This document shows, piece after piece, positions 31,225 to 41,971 of a stretch of DNA of 64,000 bases. The notes below the pieces were generated by a model. It searched no databases. It was given only the letters and a program-made list of their open reading frames with translations, and had not been told where the DNA came from. Numbering within the stretch: position 1 is the first letter of the stretch; each line of letters begins with the position of its first letter. The position numbers were made by a program, and so were the translations under genes. Source of the DNA: an uncultured Methanosarcinales archaeon (GTDB lineage: Archaea; Halobacteriota; Methanosarcinia; Methanotrichales; Methanotrichaceae); NCBI GenBank assembly GCA_963843555.1, contig CAWJKV010000012.1, positions 54,666 to 118,665 of the forward strand, read 5' to 3'.

Positions 31225-32412
31225 ATGGTCACACTGGAGAAGATCGCCCACCTGGCCCAGGATTGCAGATTCGAGTCCCTCGGTCCTGCCTTGCATGTGA
31301 ACCCGGAAAAGCTCAGCTCTCTAGGGGAGGGAACCCGCCATGACGTATGCGCCTCCACCTACTCCCCTCGTGAGTCGCCGTTGCCCGGAATTTGCCATGC
31401 CTTCACCCAGGACGGCAGGTGCGTTAGCCTCTTCAAAACCCTTTATACCAACCACTGCAGCCATGAGTGCAATTACTGCACCAATGCCACAAACTGCAGC
31501 CGCAAGACAAAGGCGTTCTCATATACTCCGGAAGAGTTGGCGAGCATCACCCTCTCCCTATACCGCTCCAACTATATCGAGGGCCTTTTTCTCAGCTCAG
31601 GTGCGGGCCGAAATGAAGATGATATCATGGAGAAGATGGTGGATGCAGTGCGTCGGCTGCGCCACGATCATGGTTTCCCGGGATATATTCATCTCAAGGT
31701 CTTGCCCGGAGCCTCCCAGGCTCACATTCAGGAAGCAATGGAACTGGCAGACAGGGTCAGCATAAACCTGGAGGCTTCAACTGCAACGCATCTGAATGAG
31801 ATGTGCGCCACCAAGAGCTATGAGAGCGATATCCTGCAAAGGCAGAGATATATCCGCGACCTGAAGACGGCGGCCAATCTTCCCGCAGGCCAGACGACAC
31901 AGCTCGTCGTGGGCGCGGGCGGGGAGAGCGATCTGGAGATCTTCAAGAGAATCCTCTACGAGTATGAGGAGATCGGGCTCAGACGCGCCTACTACAGCGC
32001 TTTTTGCCCCCAAGAGGGCACGCACTTCGAACGCAAAGAGGCACAGCCGCAGTGGCGAGAGCACCGCCTCTACCAGATGGACTGGCTCTACCGGGTGTAC
32101 CATTTCCAGCCCCGTGAGATCCGCCAGGCCTTTGACGAGAACGGTTTTCTGCAGAATAATGATCCCAAGACGGCCATCGCCCATGAGTTCATGGACTCGC
32201 CCGTGGACCCTAATGTGGCAACCTTCCAGGAATTGCTGAGAGTCCCGGGCATCGGGCCCAGAAGTGCTCAGCGAATTATGGCCCTCCGGCAGAGACAGAC
32301 AATTCTCGCCAAATCGGAGCTGGCGGCGCTAGGAGTCAGAATCAAGAGGGCTGCGCCCTTCTTGAAGATCAACGGCTGGAGAGATGCCACTTTGGAGATG
32401 TGGTCATCTTGA
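31225..32412 (+). CDS. Putative DNA modification/repair radical SAM protein with C-terminal HhH (TIGR03916-like)
   Basis: YDVC-like HDVCAS, GICHAFTQDGRCVSLFK, CSHECNYC, NYIEGLFLSSG, GYIHLK, REHRLYQMDWL, LLRVPGIG. Confidence 0.9.
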   Translation: MVTLEKIAHLAQDCRFESLGPALHVNPEKLSSLGEGTRHDVCASTYSPRESPLPGICHAFTQDGRCVSLFKTLYTNHCSHECNYCTNATNCSRKTKAFSYTPEELASITLSLYRSNYIEGLFLSSGAGRNEDDIMEKMVDAVRRLRHDHGFPGYIHLKVLPGASQAHIQEAMELADRVSINLEASTATHLNEMCATKSYESDILQRQRYIRDLKTAANLPAGQTTQLVVGAGGESDLEIFKRILYEYEEIGLRRAYYSAFCPQEGTHFERKEAQPQWREHRLYQMDWLYRVYHFQPREIRQAFDENGFLQNNDPKTAIAHEFMDSPVDPNVATFQELLRVPGIGPRSAQRIMALRQRQTILAKSELAALGVRIKRAAPFLKINGWRDATLEMWSS

Positions 32413-33053
32413 GAGTACCGGAAGACTACCACCATTACCTTTCCCTGCACCAGGACTGCAATGAACGGCTGCTCGCCAGGGCAAAAAGTTTTACATCACT
32501 GGACCTGAAAGTCTCTCTCGATCCGGAGGCAGTGCGCCTGAGAAAGATGGTCTATGCTGTCATGGGAGAGGTGCACAGGATGCTGGCCTTTGTGCGGCTG
32601 AAGCCCCTTGGCTCTCAAGTCCTTTATGGCTACCTGAAACCGAGACACAGGATTGGAGGGCACGTCTCTGATCACTTCGCTCGCAGGACTCCGGGAATAA
32701 TAGTAGTCCTTGGCAATGGCAGTGAGAGCTGGATAGCGCTCTGCCAGGAGGGAAGAATTATGCGAGATCATGGGAAGGGAGTGGCTGAGACACTGGAAAG
32801 ATTGAGGTCGGCCCTGGATTGCCCTGCGGACGGTCTGGATTTGGATAATTCGAATGTGAACAATCTGAATGTGGGTAATATCAATGTAGACGACCTCTGG
32901 CAGGTCTATTACGACAGCCAGTACTGCCCGGAGCGCAAGAATCTGGCCGCCTTTCACAGCCGCATGCCCAGGAGGGATCAGGAGGCAGCAGGGCTCCGGC
33001 TGGTGCAAAACAAGAAAGAGACAACTCTGGAGGACTTTCTTGGCGAAGGTTGA
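32400..33053 (+). CDS. DUF4130 (TIGR03915-like) partner protein
   Basis: EVHRMLAFVRL, HFARR, LWQVYYDS..PERKN..F..RMP; overlaps the radical SAM gene stop. Confidence 0.85.
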   Translation: MVILRVPEDYHHYLSLHQDCNERLLARAKSFTSLDLKVSLDPEAVRLRKMVYAVMGEVHRMLAFVRLKPLGSQVLYGYLKPRHRIGGHVSDHFARRTPGIIVVLGNGSESWIALCQEGRIMRDHGKGVAETLERLRSALDCPADGLDLDNSNVNNLNVGNINVDDLWQVYYDSQYCPERKNLAAFHSRMPRRDQEAAGLRLVQNKKETTLEDFLGEG

Positions 33054-33166
33054 TATTTTCTTTCGTCATTTTCTGGTAACAGCGGTTCTTTTTCTCCTAT
33101 GAATAAAGTATTTATTGGAGCACGCATAACCACGTATAATAATAGTGTAACCCGGAGGGATTAAAT

Positions 33167-33457
33167 TTGAATAAGCTAATATCGGTATTTTTCGCTGCAA
33201 TGATGCTTCTGTTTGCAGCAGCGTCTGTAATCGCAGCAGAAAACGCAACTCAAGAGGCGTCAGAGAAGGAGAGTAAGGTACTTGAGCAGGCAGAGAAAAA
33301 CCTTTCTGCCACACAAAAGATTAGTGAAGAAGCCAAGGAGACGGCTAATAAGGCCAAAGAGGAAGCCTCCGGAAAGGAGCAGCCCGGATTTGAGGCTACC
33401 TTTGCGTTAGCTGGTCTTTTGGCAGTCGCATTTATCGCCTTGAATAGGAAAGCTTAA
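33167..33457 (+). CDS. Small exported PGF-CTERM (archaeosortase-target) protein
   Basis: Signal peptide, helical E/K/A-rich body, C-terminal QPGFEATFALAGLLAVAFIALNRKA. Confidence 0.85.
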   Translation: MNKLISVFFAAMMLLFAAASVIAAENATQEASEKESKVLEQAEKNLSATQKISEEAKETANKAKEEASGKEQPGFEATFALAGLLAVAFIALNRKA

Positions 33458-33644
33458 TGAGCTAGCTAACCATCTTTTTATACAACCGATGCGGGCCACA
33501 TAATTTATATCGTTTAATTCAATTGCCATTGTATATCTCATAATAAGCTATAAATACTAATTTTCCTATAAAATCAAACGGCGCATCTATTGTGAGCTGC
33601 AAAGGCAATTTAACGAATTTTAAAGTGTAACCTCTATATACTGA

Positions 33645-33885
33645 CCTGCAAAAGCCTCCCTGAGATGCTCTTCCTATCCCTTGGATAGAGAAGTCTTTGA
33701 GAAGTCTTCAAATACCTTTACGTTCTTGTACTTCTTCAGCCGCTATTACTCAATCTGGGTGGATTCTCTATCAACAAGAACAATACTAGGTTTCCAGGCT
33801 GAATAGCATCTCCGACTTCTTTGATGAATTGGTGGTCCACACCCACATCTGTAAACTTTTCAGCAACGGCTCCGGCTGGTGCAGA
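33645..33885 (-). pseudogene. DUF1269-family membrane protein remnant
   Basis: Minus strand reads GAVAEKFTDVGVDHQFIKEVGDAIQPGNLVLFLLIE, then broken KTS/LSK..EHLREAF; no N-terminus found. Confidence 0.6.
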
Positions 33886-34003
33886 ACAAGAAAGAGGTCA
33901 CTCTGGAGGACTTCCTCGGCGGAGGCTAGAGCCTCATTGATCATTCTCTGAGCCCAATTTGCCGTGAAATCGTTTCGGTTAAAGAAACTGAATTGCAATC
34001 ATT

Positions 34004-35056
34004 TCAGTCTTTCAGGTTAGCATTGCTGAGAATGGAGCCCTTCTTGGAGGGCAATAGGCTTGCCGCCATGGCAAGTATGGGACCCATGATCAGACCCGAA
34101 CCTGACAGAAGGGCGATGGTTCCCAGGACTGCCATGAGTACCCTCTGCAAAATCCCGGCTTCTCCCCTGGCCAGGCGGATTACAGCCACGCCCAAGAGAG
34201 CATGGAAGACGGCTATTGCCAGAGTTATATACACCTCCGGTCCAAAGGGTGCCCGGCTGAGGCTGAAGACCATTTGCGTGAGGATAGAGGCGCTGGTGCC
34301 CAGGAATAGAAACCCTGCAAGGGTTCCGGCCAGACAAAATGCGGTGTGACGGGGGCCTCGCCAGAAGATGAGAAGGCCTATGATCTCCGCCAACAGATAA
34401 GGCAGGAATAACAGCCCCAGGTTCTGGCCCTCCCAGACATACACAGATATGAGCCGGAAGGGCATTGTTATTCTCTCTGTTAAGCTGAACTCCTCTCGAT
34501 AGCCTACTCCCAGGCTATAGTGTCCAGCCGAACCCCCAACCGTTTGTCCGGCCATGCCTGACATATTGTTGCCATAAACGGCGGCGTAATATCGGGCCGA
34601 TTGAGGGGCTGAGATGTTAATCTCCCCCATCTCGATGTAGCTGCTGGGCCCGAAGGGCTCATAGGTGGCATTTTCTGCCTCGCTGCCCTGGACCGTCAGG
34701 ATTCCCAGATCCTCTAAACCTGCAGGCAAGACCACATCATCCGGCAGCTGCCCGGACGGTTCCAATCCCGGCCCCAAAAGGACCAGATTCGGCTGGAAAT
34801 CCTTCTCCTCCGGATCAGCGGACTTGGAGAGCATCAGATCGATTCGCCCACCCAACTTTCTGTCGAAGCTGTAGTACTGGACCATATCCGGCTCAAGAAC
34901 GCCGTAAATCGCCCAGGATTTTTCGGGATCAGAGATATGCATGGCTGTGGAAATGTTTTCATTTCCCCCGGCCATGAGAGGCACATGAGCCATAGCTGGA
35001 GAAGAAATCAAAAGCAGTATCAGCAAAACAATCCAGGGAAATACGCCGGGCTTCAC
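34004..35056 (-). CDS. Exported/membrane hypothetical protein
   Basis: Signal peptide then AHVP, DPEKSWAIYG, YEPFGP, YSLGVGYREEF, several C-terminal TM helices. Confidence 0.8.
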   Translation of the reverse strand: MKPGVFPWIVLLILLLISSPAMAHVPLMAGGNENISTAMHISDPEKSWAIYGVLEPDMVQYYSFDRKLGGRIDLMLSKSADPEEKDFQPNLVLLGPGLEPSGQLPDDVVLPAGLEDLGILTVQGSEAENATYEPFGPSSYIEMGEINISAPQSARYYAAVYGNNMSGMAGQTVGGSAGHYSLGVGYREEFSLTERITMPFRLISVYVWEGQNLGLLFLPYLLAEIIGLLIFWRGPRHTAFCLAGTLAGFLFLGTSASILTQMVFSLSRAPFGPEVYITLAIAVFHALLGVAVIRLARGEAGILQRVLMAVLGTIALLSGSGLIMGPILAMAASLLPSKKGSILSNANLKD

Positions 35057-35160
35057 GCTAAACAGGGAATATCCAATTGGTATTCAATATTTCGGCTTGA
35101 CATGAGAAGATTTATCTTTTATCCGGGCCACTTAGCTGGTGTTAGAGTGGAGGTTGATGT

Positions 35161-36105
35161 ATGATTCAAAAAAAATGGTCTTTACTGAGTCTATTGTTTA
35201 TAGCGAGCTTGATTTGTATGGGGTCATGCGCAGCCCAGAATGATACGACGGCAAGATATGGTGTGTTAGATGCTGCAAACGACCTTGGTCTCAGTGAATT
35301 CTCTGCAATGATAGGGAGTTCCAGCCTATCGAATACTTTGAACAACCAGGGGGTACTTACTTTTGGCACAGGGTCCTATGTGATCTTTGCGCCCAGCGAT
35401 GAGGCCTTTGCCGGCGCCACAGGTATTGACATCAATAGCGTCAAAGAGAACCGGACGGATCTTAAAAGAATTTTGAGCTATCACGTGGTCTGGAACGACG
35501 GTGCCTTCGAAAATATATCCGAACTCTCTTCTGTGAGGACGCTGCAAGGGGAGAATTTGACGCTGAATAACACCGACGGTCTCAAGGTGAATGGGGCGAA
35601 TGTCACTCTGAGCCAGAAATATGATAACGGCACCATCTATGTGATCGATCAAGTGCTGCTGCCTGAGAAGAGCTCAATTCCAGGCGTGGCTGAGGCGGCC
35701 AATGATTTGGGCGCAAAGAAATTCGCAGCTGCTATCAAGGCAGCAGGATTAGAGGAGACGCTGAACGGTCAGGGCCTTATGGGAATTGAGAGCTTATCAG
35801 AAGGACCCTTTACAGTCTTTGCCCCTAGCGATTCGGCTTTTGACAAGGCCAAATCGGAGATAGATTCGATCAACAAGAAAGATCAGGGCATGATAGACCT
35901 TCTTGGCTACCATACAGTTGATGCTAAAGAGCTCGTCAACATGACCGACACCAATTCTGTCAAGACCCTGCAAGGAGAATCCCTGGCAGTAGACGTCGGA
36001 GCAGGGCAAGTCGGCGGAGCTCGTGTTTTGAAATCCGAGAGGTATGATAACGGCATAGTCTACGTCATCGACAGAGTGCTCGTTCCGATAGGATTGAGCA
36101 TGTGA
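35161..36105 (+). CDS. Fasciclin (2x FAS1) domain exported protein
   Basis: IFAPSDEAF/TVFAPSDSAF, LSYHVV/LGYHTV, TLQGE, NGTIYVIDQVL/NGIVYVIDRVL. Confidence 0.92.
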   Translation: MIQKKWSLLSLLFIASLICMGSCAAQNDTTARYGVLDAANDLGLSEFSAMIGSSSLSNTLNNQGVLTFGTGSYVIFAPSDEAFAGATGIDINSVKENRTDLKRILSYHVVWNDGAFENISELSSVRTLQGENLTLNNTDGLKVNGANVTLSQKYDNGTIYVIDQVLLPEKSSIPGVAEAANDLGAKKFAAAIKAAGLEETLNGQGLMGIESLSEGPFTVFAPSDSAFDKAKSEIDSINKKDQGMIDLLGYHTVDAKELVNMTDTNSVKTLQGESLAVDVGAGQVGGARVLKSERYDNGIVYVIDRVLVPIGLSM

Positions 36106-36398
36106 AGCGAGCAGCCTTCGTTTGCTCTTCTTGGGTCGAGGCATTCCATGCTTCGATCCCAATTCTTGTGATTAAGGGTTAATGCTTTCCTGAAACTCTA
36201 CATTCCTGCGATATGGTCGTCTAATTGTATTCCTTTTGTAATTTTCCGAGCGAATGCGCTGCAATATTTGTCATGTATCCGACTCATTACTCGGAACGTA
36301 CCAAATCCTTTAGAAAAATTTATATTCCATGCATACTAATATTGGTATAGAATTTTGCACTAAATTTCGGTGCAGTTCATAATATTGGAGGATTTAGA

Positions 36399-36875
36399 AT
36401 GATTGGAAAGCTATCTATAATAGCATTATTGACTTCGGCTCTGCTCTTGGCCGGAGTATGCATGGCGGCCGAGAAGAACATCATGGAGATCGCCAATGCA
36501 ACATCAAACCTAACCGAATTTGTTGGCGCAGTCGAGACCGCAGGATTGACTGATACCCTTAGCTCAGGAGATTACACTGTATTTGCACCCAGCGACGAAG
36601 CCTTCTTCAAGATACCGAATGAGGACTACAAAGCGCTGCTTGAGAATTCCACAGGGCTTAAAGACATCCTCATCTTCCATGTAGTTAAGGGCAAGATGAT
36701 GTCCAAGGACCTTAAGGATGGGCAGGAGCTCACAACCTTGCAGGGCGAAAATCTGATGGTTAAGGTCTGGCCAAATGGAGTCATGAGCGTCAACGGTGCC
36801 AATATAACCCAGGCAGATGTTGAAGCCAGCAACGGCGTCATCCATATTATCGACACCGTTCTGATGCCCAAGTAA
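36399..36875 (+). CDS. Fasciclin (FAS1) domain exported protein
   Basis: YTVFAPSDEAF, LIFHVV, TLQGE, ASNGVIHIIDTVLMP. Confidence 0.93.
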   Translation: MIGKLSIIALLTSALLLAGVCMAAEKNIMEIANATSNLTEFVGAVETAGLTDTLSSGDYTVFAPSDEAFFKIPNEDYKALLENSTGLKDILIFHVVKGKMMSKDLKDGQELTTLQGENLMVKVWPNGVMSVNGANITQADVEASNGVIHIIDTVLMPK

Positions 36876-36879
36876 AAAA

Positions 36880-36921
36880 AAAGCCGGTCGAGCCGGCTTT
36901 CAATAATTTTTTGTTTTTCTG
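36880..36921 (+). terminator. Hairpin plus T-rich tract terminator
   Basis: AAAGCCGG-TCGAG-CCGGCTTT followed by T-runs directly after the fasciclin stop. Confidence 0.65.
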
Positions 36922-36972
36922 TTATAAAATTTCATGAAACATCGATCTTGCGCCTTTGAGAGGCCGATAGAA

Positions 36973-38534
36973 ATGGCAGAAGATGGTCTTAATCTGAAAT
37001 TAAGCTCCGCCTTTGAGGAGATCTATGAGACAATCGACGGATTACCCGTCTTTAAAATGCTGATCGACGGAAAATGGCGAAGCAGCGAACGAGAGGAATT
37101 GGTCGATGTACACACTCCGATAGACGGCAGCGTCATAGCACGAGCCCAGGACGGCACAGAGAATGATGTAAATTTTGCCTGCCGCACAGCTTATGAGAGA
37201 AGAGGCATCCGGGAACTTCCAGGCCGGGAGAGAATCGAGATCTTCGAATGTGGGGCAGGTATTCTGGAGAAGCACCGGGAAATGTTCGTACGCATTCTTC
37301 AGATTGAGACCGGCAAGACAGCCCAGGATGCAGAGGGTGAATTTAAAGCTGCTTTGCAGAGATTTCGGTTAACAAAGCAGGAGGCCAGCCGGATTTTTGG
37401 CGAGTATATTCCAGGGGATTGGAATACTGGAACCACAGAGAAGATGGCAATGGTGATACGCGAGCCGGTGGGCGTAGTGGCGGCCATAGTTCCATTCAAC
37501 TATCCTCTCTTCATTGCCGCAACCAAGATAGTGCCTGCCCTTCTGGCCGGTAACTCGGTGGTCATAAAGCCCTCCAGCACCAATCCCATCGCTGCTACTC
37601 TGCTGACTGGAGTTCTGGAAAGCGCAGGGGTGCCGAAAGGGAGCATGAACCTGGTTACTGGCAAGGGAGACAGGGCTGGAGACGCACTTGTGGCGAGTGA
37701 AGATGTGGATATGATCAACTTCACAGGAAGCACGCCCGTGGGGAGGGCGATTTCAGAGAAGGCAGGGATGAAACGGCTCCATCTGGAACTGGGCGGAAAG
37801 GCTTATGCCCTGGTTCTGGAGGATGCGGATCTTGATTTGGCTGCCCAAAAATGCGTCTATGGATCTCTGAAGTCTGCCGGGCAGAGGTGCGACGCTGTGA
37901 GTGCTGTTCTGGCCATGGAGCCCATTGCCGATGCCTTAGTCAGGAAGATCACCGCCGAGGCGGACGGATGGAAGATGGGAGACCCCAGGGATGAGTCTGT
38001 CAATATTGGCCCTGTGATCAATTCTCGGGCCGCGGCACGGATCGGAGAGCTGGTCTCGGACGCCGTGGCAAAAGGAGCCGAGCTCTTGCGGGGCGGCAAA
38101 TTTTCCGGGCCATACTTTCAGCCCACTGTGCTCGACCGTGTGCCACAACAGGCCTTAATCGCCAGCGAAGAGGTCTTCGGGCCTGTGGTTACAATTATCC
38201 GCTGCAAGGACCTGGACGAGGCCTTGATGTTTGCCCGCAAATCAAAATACGGACTGGAGTCATGCGTCTTTACAAAAGACTTCTACCTCATGTGGCGTGT
38301 GGCCAAGGCACTGGAATGCGGCGAGGTTACTATCAACGACTGTCCGTCTCACGGGTTGGCTATTTCCCGTTCGGCGGAATAAAACAATCCGGCCTGGGGC
38401 GAGAGGGCATAGGCTACAGCATCGATGAGATGACCCGCCTTAAGACCATCGTCTTCAATCTGGCCCCTGCGGGCCTGGGAAAGAAAGAGCAATCAGCTGC
38501 GACCTGCAAGAGCAAGACCGGATCTAAACAATAG
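36973..38534 (+). CDS. Aldehyde dehydrogenase, archaeal GAPN-like (indel near 38355)
   Basis: GEYIPGDW, REPVGVVAAIVPFNYP, FTGS, LELGGK, AGQRCDA, EEVFGP; shifted frame has YFPFGGIKQSGLGREG. Confidence 0.85.
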
Positions 38535-38613
38535 TTGATAGGCGAAGAGAATGCATAAATGCGAAAAAAATGAAAAAGGCGGCAAAATGCCATTGGCACG
38601 TGCAAAATGCCAC

Positions 38614-39980
38614 CTATTTTTTTATGGGATACTTATTCGATCTCCAGCCGGCCATGCCGCCCAAGATCACCGCCAGATCCGACCAGCCCCGGGACTTCAG
38701 AAAGCTTGCCGCCACCATGGAACGCATGCCGCTGCCGCAGAAGATGTAAACTGTCATACTCTTCGGCACTTCATCCATTTCTCGCCGCAATCTCTGTGAT
38801 GTGGATATGCTGGGCACCATCGATCTGGCCGTCTTTCTCCAGCTCGCCCTCGGATCTCACATCCAGGATCCAGATCGGTTCACCGAATCCAGCCGTCGGC
38901 ATATTTCGTGCACCGTGAGGTTCTGATGGATGCCGACTCTCTGCCCGACATGTGCCAGTTGAGCATGCCTCCGGCCAGGAATCCGGCGATGTTGTCGAAG
39001 CCCAGACGGATAAGAATGCGAGTGGCTTTTTCATGATCGTTGCCCTCTCCCACCAGGAGAATGGGCTGGTCGTAGTTCTGAGAAACCAGCCGGCAAAGCT
39101 GGCCAATCCGTCCAGCCAGATGGATTGGGCGCCTGGAATGTGAGCGGCGCCATAGCGCGAGTTCCATCCGGGTGTCCAGGATCTGGGCCCCTTTCGATGG
39201 GTCCGAAAGTCCTTTGGGTCCAGGGGCCGAATATTGGGCAGGGCCCCCAGGATGGGCGCTCCCTCCAGGTTCACCTTTTCCATCCTGCTGAAGTAGGGCG
39301 GCCTATCCGGCTGGCTCTCTCAATAGAGCTGCCACGAACTCCTCCTTGCTTTTCGCCTGCAGCCTCGGGTTGTGCTTTCTCTCCAGGCCGATGGTGGTCC
39401 AGAGGCGCTCGGCGATCGACTCTCCGCAGGCGGAACCGGATCCGTGGGCCGGGCAGACGATTACTTCGTCTCCGAGCGGCAAGAGCTTTCCGAAGAGGCT
39501 GTCGTAGAGGAGGCCGGCATTTTCGGCGGCCCTTTCCCAGCCCATCAGGTCGATGCGGCCCACCTCTCCGGCAAAGAGAGCATCCCCGCAAAAGACCATG
39601 GAGGCAAGGCCTGTCGGATCCCGGAGGAGATAGCTCATGCTCCCGGGAGTATGACCGGGCGTGGGGATGGCTTCGAACTCCAGACGGCCCACCTTCCATT
39701 TCTGGCCCGGACGAACATTATTGCCATACTTGTAGTCCCACTGGCCGTCGGCATGCCAGACCTCGGCTCCAGTCCTTCCGGCCAGCTCCATCGATCCCAC
39801 AAAATAGTCCTCATTGCGGTGGGTCTCCAGGATGTGAACAATCCTCATTCCGGCATTTGAGGACAACTCTGTATAGACCTCAACGTCTCTGCGGGGATCG
39901 ATTACCAGTGCTTGGTTCTTGTCTCCAATCAGATAGGAGTAATGAGCCAAACCCTCTGAGACAATTCTTTCGAAGAGCAT
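38614..39980 (-). CDS. MBL-fold hydrolase fused to rhodanese domains (persulfide dioxygenase-like; several indels)
   Basis: GLAHYSYLIG, VIDPRRD, ETHRNEDY, TPGHTPG, GDALF, PAHGSGS.CG; downstream frames AHIPGA, LDVRS, FCGSGMRS, GGMAGW. Confidence 0.85.
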
Positions 39981-39999
39981 ATTAGTATTTAGCGAGTAT

Positions 40000-40890
40000 T
40001 TAGCGAGGTTTCTCTCCCGTGACTGTCTGGTTCTCCGGGTGGGACGACCACTCTGTAAAAGAGCCCTCGTAGATTTGAACCCTCTCATGGCCCAGGTAGA
40101 ATTTGAAGAAGAGGAATTCGTTCGTGGCTTCTCGCCCCGTTCCGCAATAGATGATCAGGTTCTTCTCAGGAGTTATGTCGAACTTCGCCACCAGCTCTTG
40201 CAGTTCTTCGTCGCTCTTCATGAGCCGGGCATTGTCCTTGGTCATGAGAGTTCTCCAGGGGAGACTGTTGGCTCCCGGGATATGGCCGTTCTTGATCCAC
40301 AGGCCGCCTTCTTTGTAGGACCTCATAGGGTCGGGCGTCGAAGAGGATCACATCCTCCTGATCCTTACGCCTCTTGAATTCCTCGTACTCGATAAAATAC
40401 TCTTTCCGAACCTGGACACGGAAGTTGGATGGTTGCCAGGAAGGAAATACTTTGGTAAGCTCCCGGCCTTCGCTCCTTCCATTTCTCCAGGCCGCCGTCC
40501 AGGATGCAGACATTCTTATGGCCGAAGCGTATCAGGGAGTAGGCCATCATGGTCTGCTCCAGGCCGTCTCCCAGGCCTGCAGTGCATTTGCTGTATCGAC
40601 CGGCTGAGGAATAAATCACCACTGGTTTATCGGGGTCAAGGCCGGCTGCGGCTGAGGACGGGCTGCAGGGCTTCGGGCTGAACATACATGGACGGCAGTC
40701 GATCCTGGGCCGAGCGCAGTACGCCCTCGTTCAGGTAGATTGCCCCGGGAAGGTGACCCATGATGTAGTCGTGCACATTGGGCTGCACATCGAGGATCAT
40801 GAGATTTTCTTCGTTTATGTGATCTGCCAGCCAATCTGTCGAAATCCACTTCACTATGCTCTTGCCGAGAGGATAAGGATACGTCTTCAT
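40000..40890 (-). CDS. Two-domain sulfurtransferase (TST/MST type; several indels)
   Basis: ISTDWL, LDVQP, GHLPGA, LDGGLEKW, FDARP, GHIPGA, YCGTGRE, YEGSFTEWS. Confidence 0.88.
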
Positions 40891-41015
40891 AATCTCAAAA
40901 CTCCCTGATTTTCCGTATCAGTTGTGCCTTCAGAAATTGTGTGTTTCACTGTTCATTTAGGTTCTAATAGCTTATCTATTTAACGAGGTCTGTCTTGCAG
41001 GCAGATTAAATTACA

Positions 41016-41806
41016 TTACGATCGAACTACTGATTTCTGGCCCCTGGATTCCCTGTCACCATTCATATTTCTATTTCCATCGTAATTGAAGACATCATCC
41101 GCGCTTATGGAAACTGGATTTGGAGGGTAAATATCCAGGTAATTGCCACAGCAGTTGAGCCAGCTGTCAGTATATCATTAGCTGACGGTCACTCTTACTG
41201 ATAGTTATATTTTTAGATATATGGTAGGTCCCAATATACTCTTCTTCGATCTCGATAGCCGGATTCTTCCAGGCACTTGTCATGGGGCCCCTTCCGTCCC
41301 TTCCAGGCTCTCCTCCCGGGGCCTCGCTCCCCCTGAAGTACGCCAATGTGAACTCTGCCGTCCGTTACGGTCTCATCGATTCTCATCTGGGTGGAGGTCG
41401 TGCTGGCGTATTCAGAGTCGCCCTGACGATAGCTCTTTTCCGCTACCGTGTACTCCGCCGAGCCTGAAATCCCCTGGGCGGATTCAACGGCATGATGCAT
41501 CGATGCTGCTTCGCCGTTATTCATCAATTGAGTCTGGCTGCTGATTGCAGAATCGTAGTTGACGGGATGGGATGAATAGTAACCATTTCCGACGGAAAAG
41601 CTCACGGGTGCACGGGTGTTGTTGTATTGACTCTCGAGACGAATAATCGAGCTGTTGTATGATGAATTATCGATTGCAGCCTCAAAACGGCCGGTTACCG
41701 CAATCTCATCAAGACTGCTTATGGCTCCTCTCTGTTTGCATCTTTGCAGATCAGCGAGGATTGCCCAGGCTGCCACGAGTGTGCAGGCGATGATCATCCA
41801 ATGCAT
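41016..41806 (-). CDS. Exported hypothetical protein (indels; ends approximate)
   Basis: Hydrophobic N-terminus MHWMIIACTLVAAW; S/N/Y-rich body; continuing frame SAWKNPAIEIEEEYIGTYHI...DSWLNCC. Confidence 0.55.
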
Positions 41807-41971
41807 TGCTCTTGTGCCGAATGATCCGGATGGAATGAGGGGCAATGTCTTATCTCCAGGCATCTTCCCATCAGGTATCTTATCTTCAATCCCTATTGTG
41901 GATCTTGAGTGCAAGACCATATATTTGAATCGGTTGGGACAGGACGGCAAAGGTCTCAATTCTTCTTTTTT

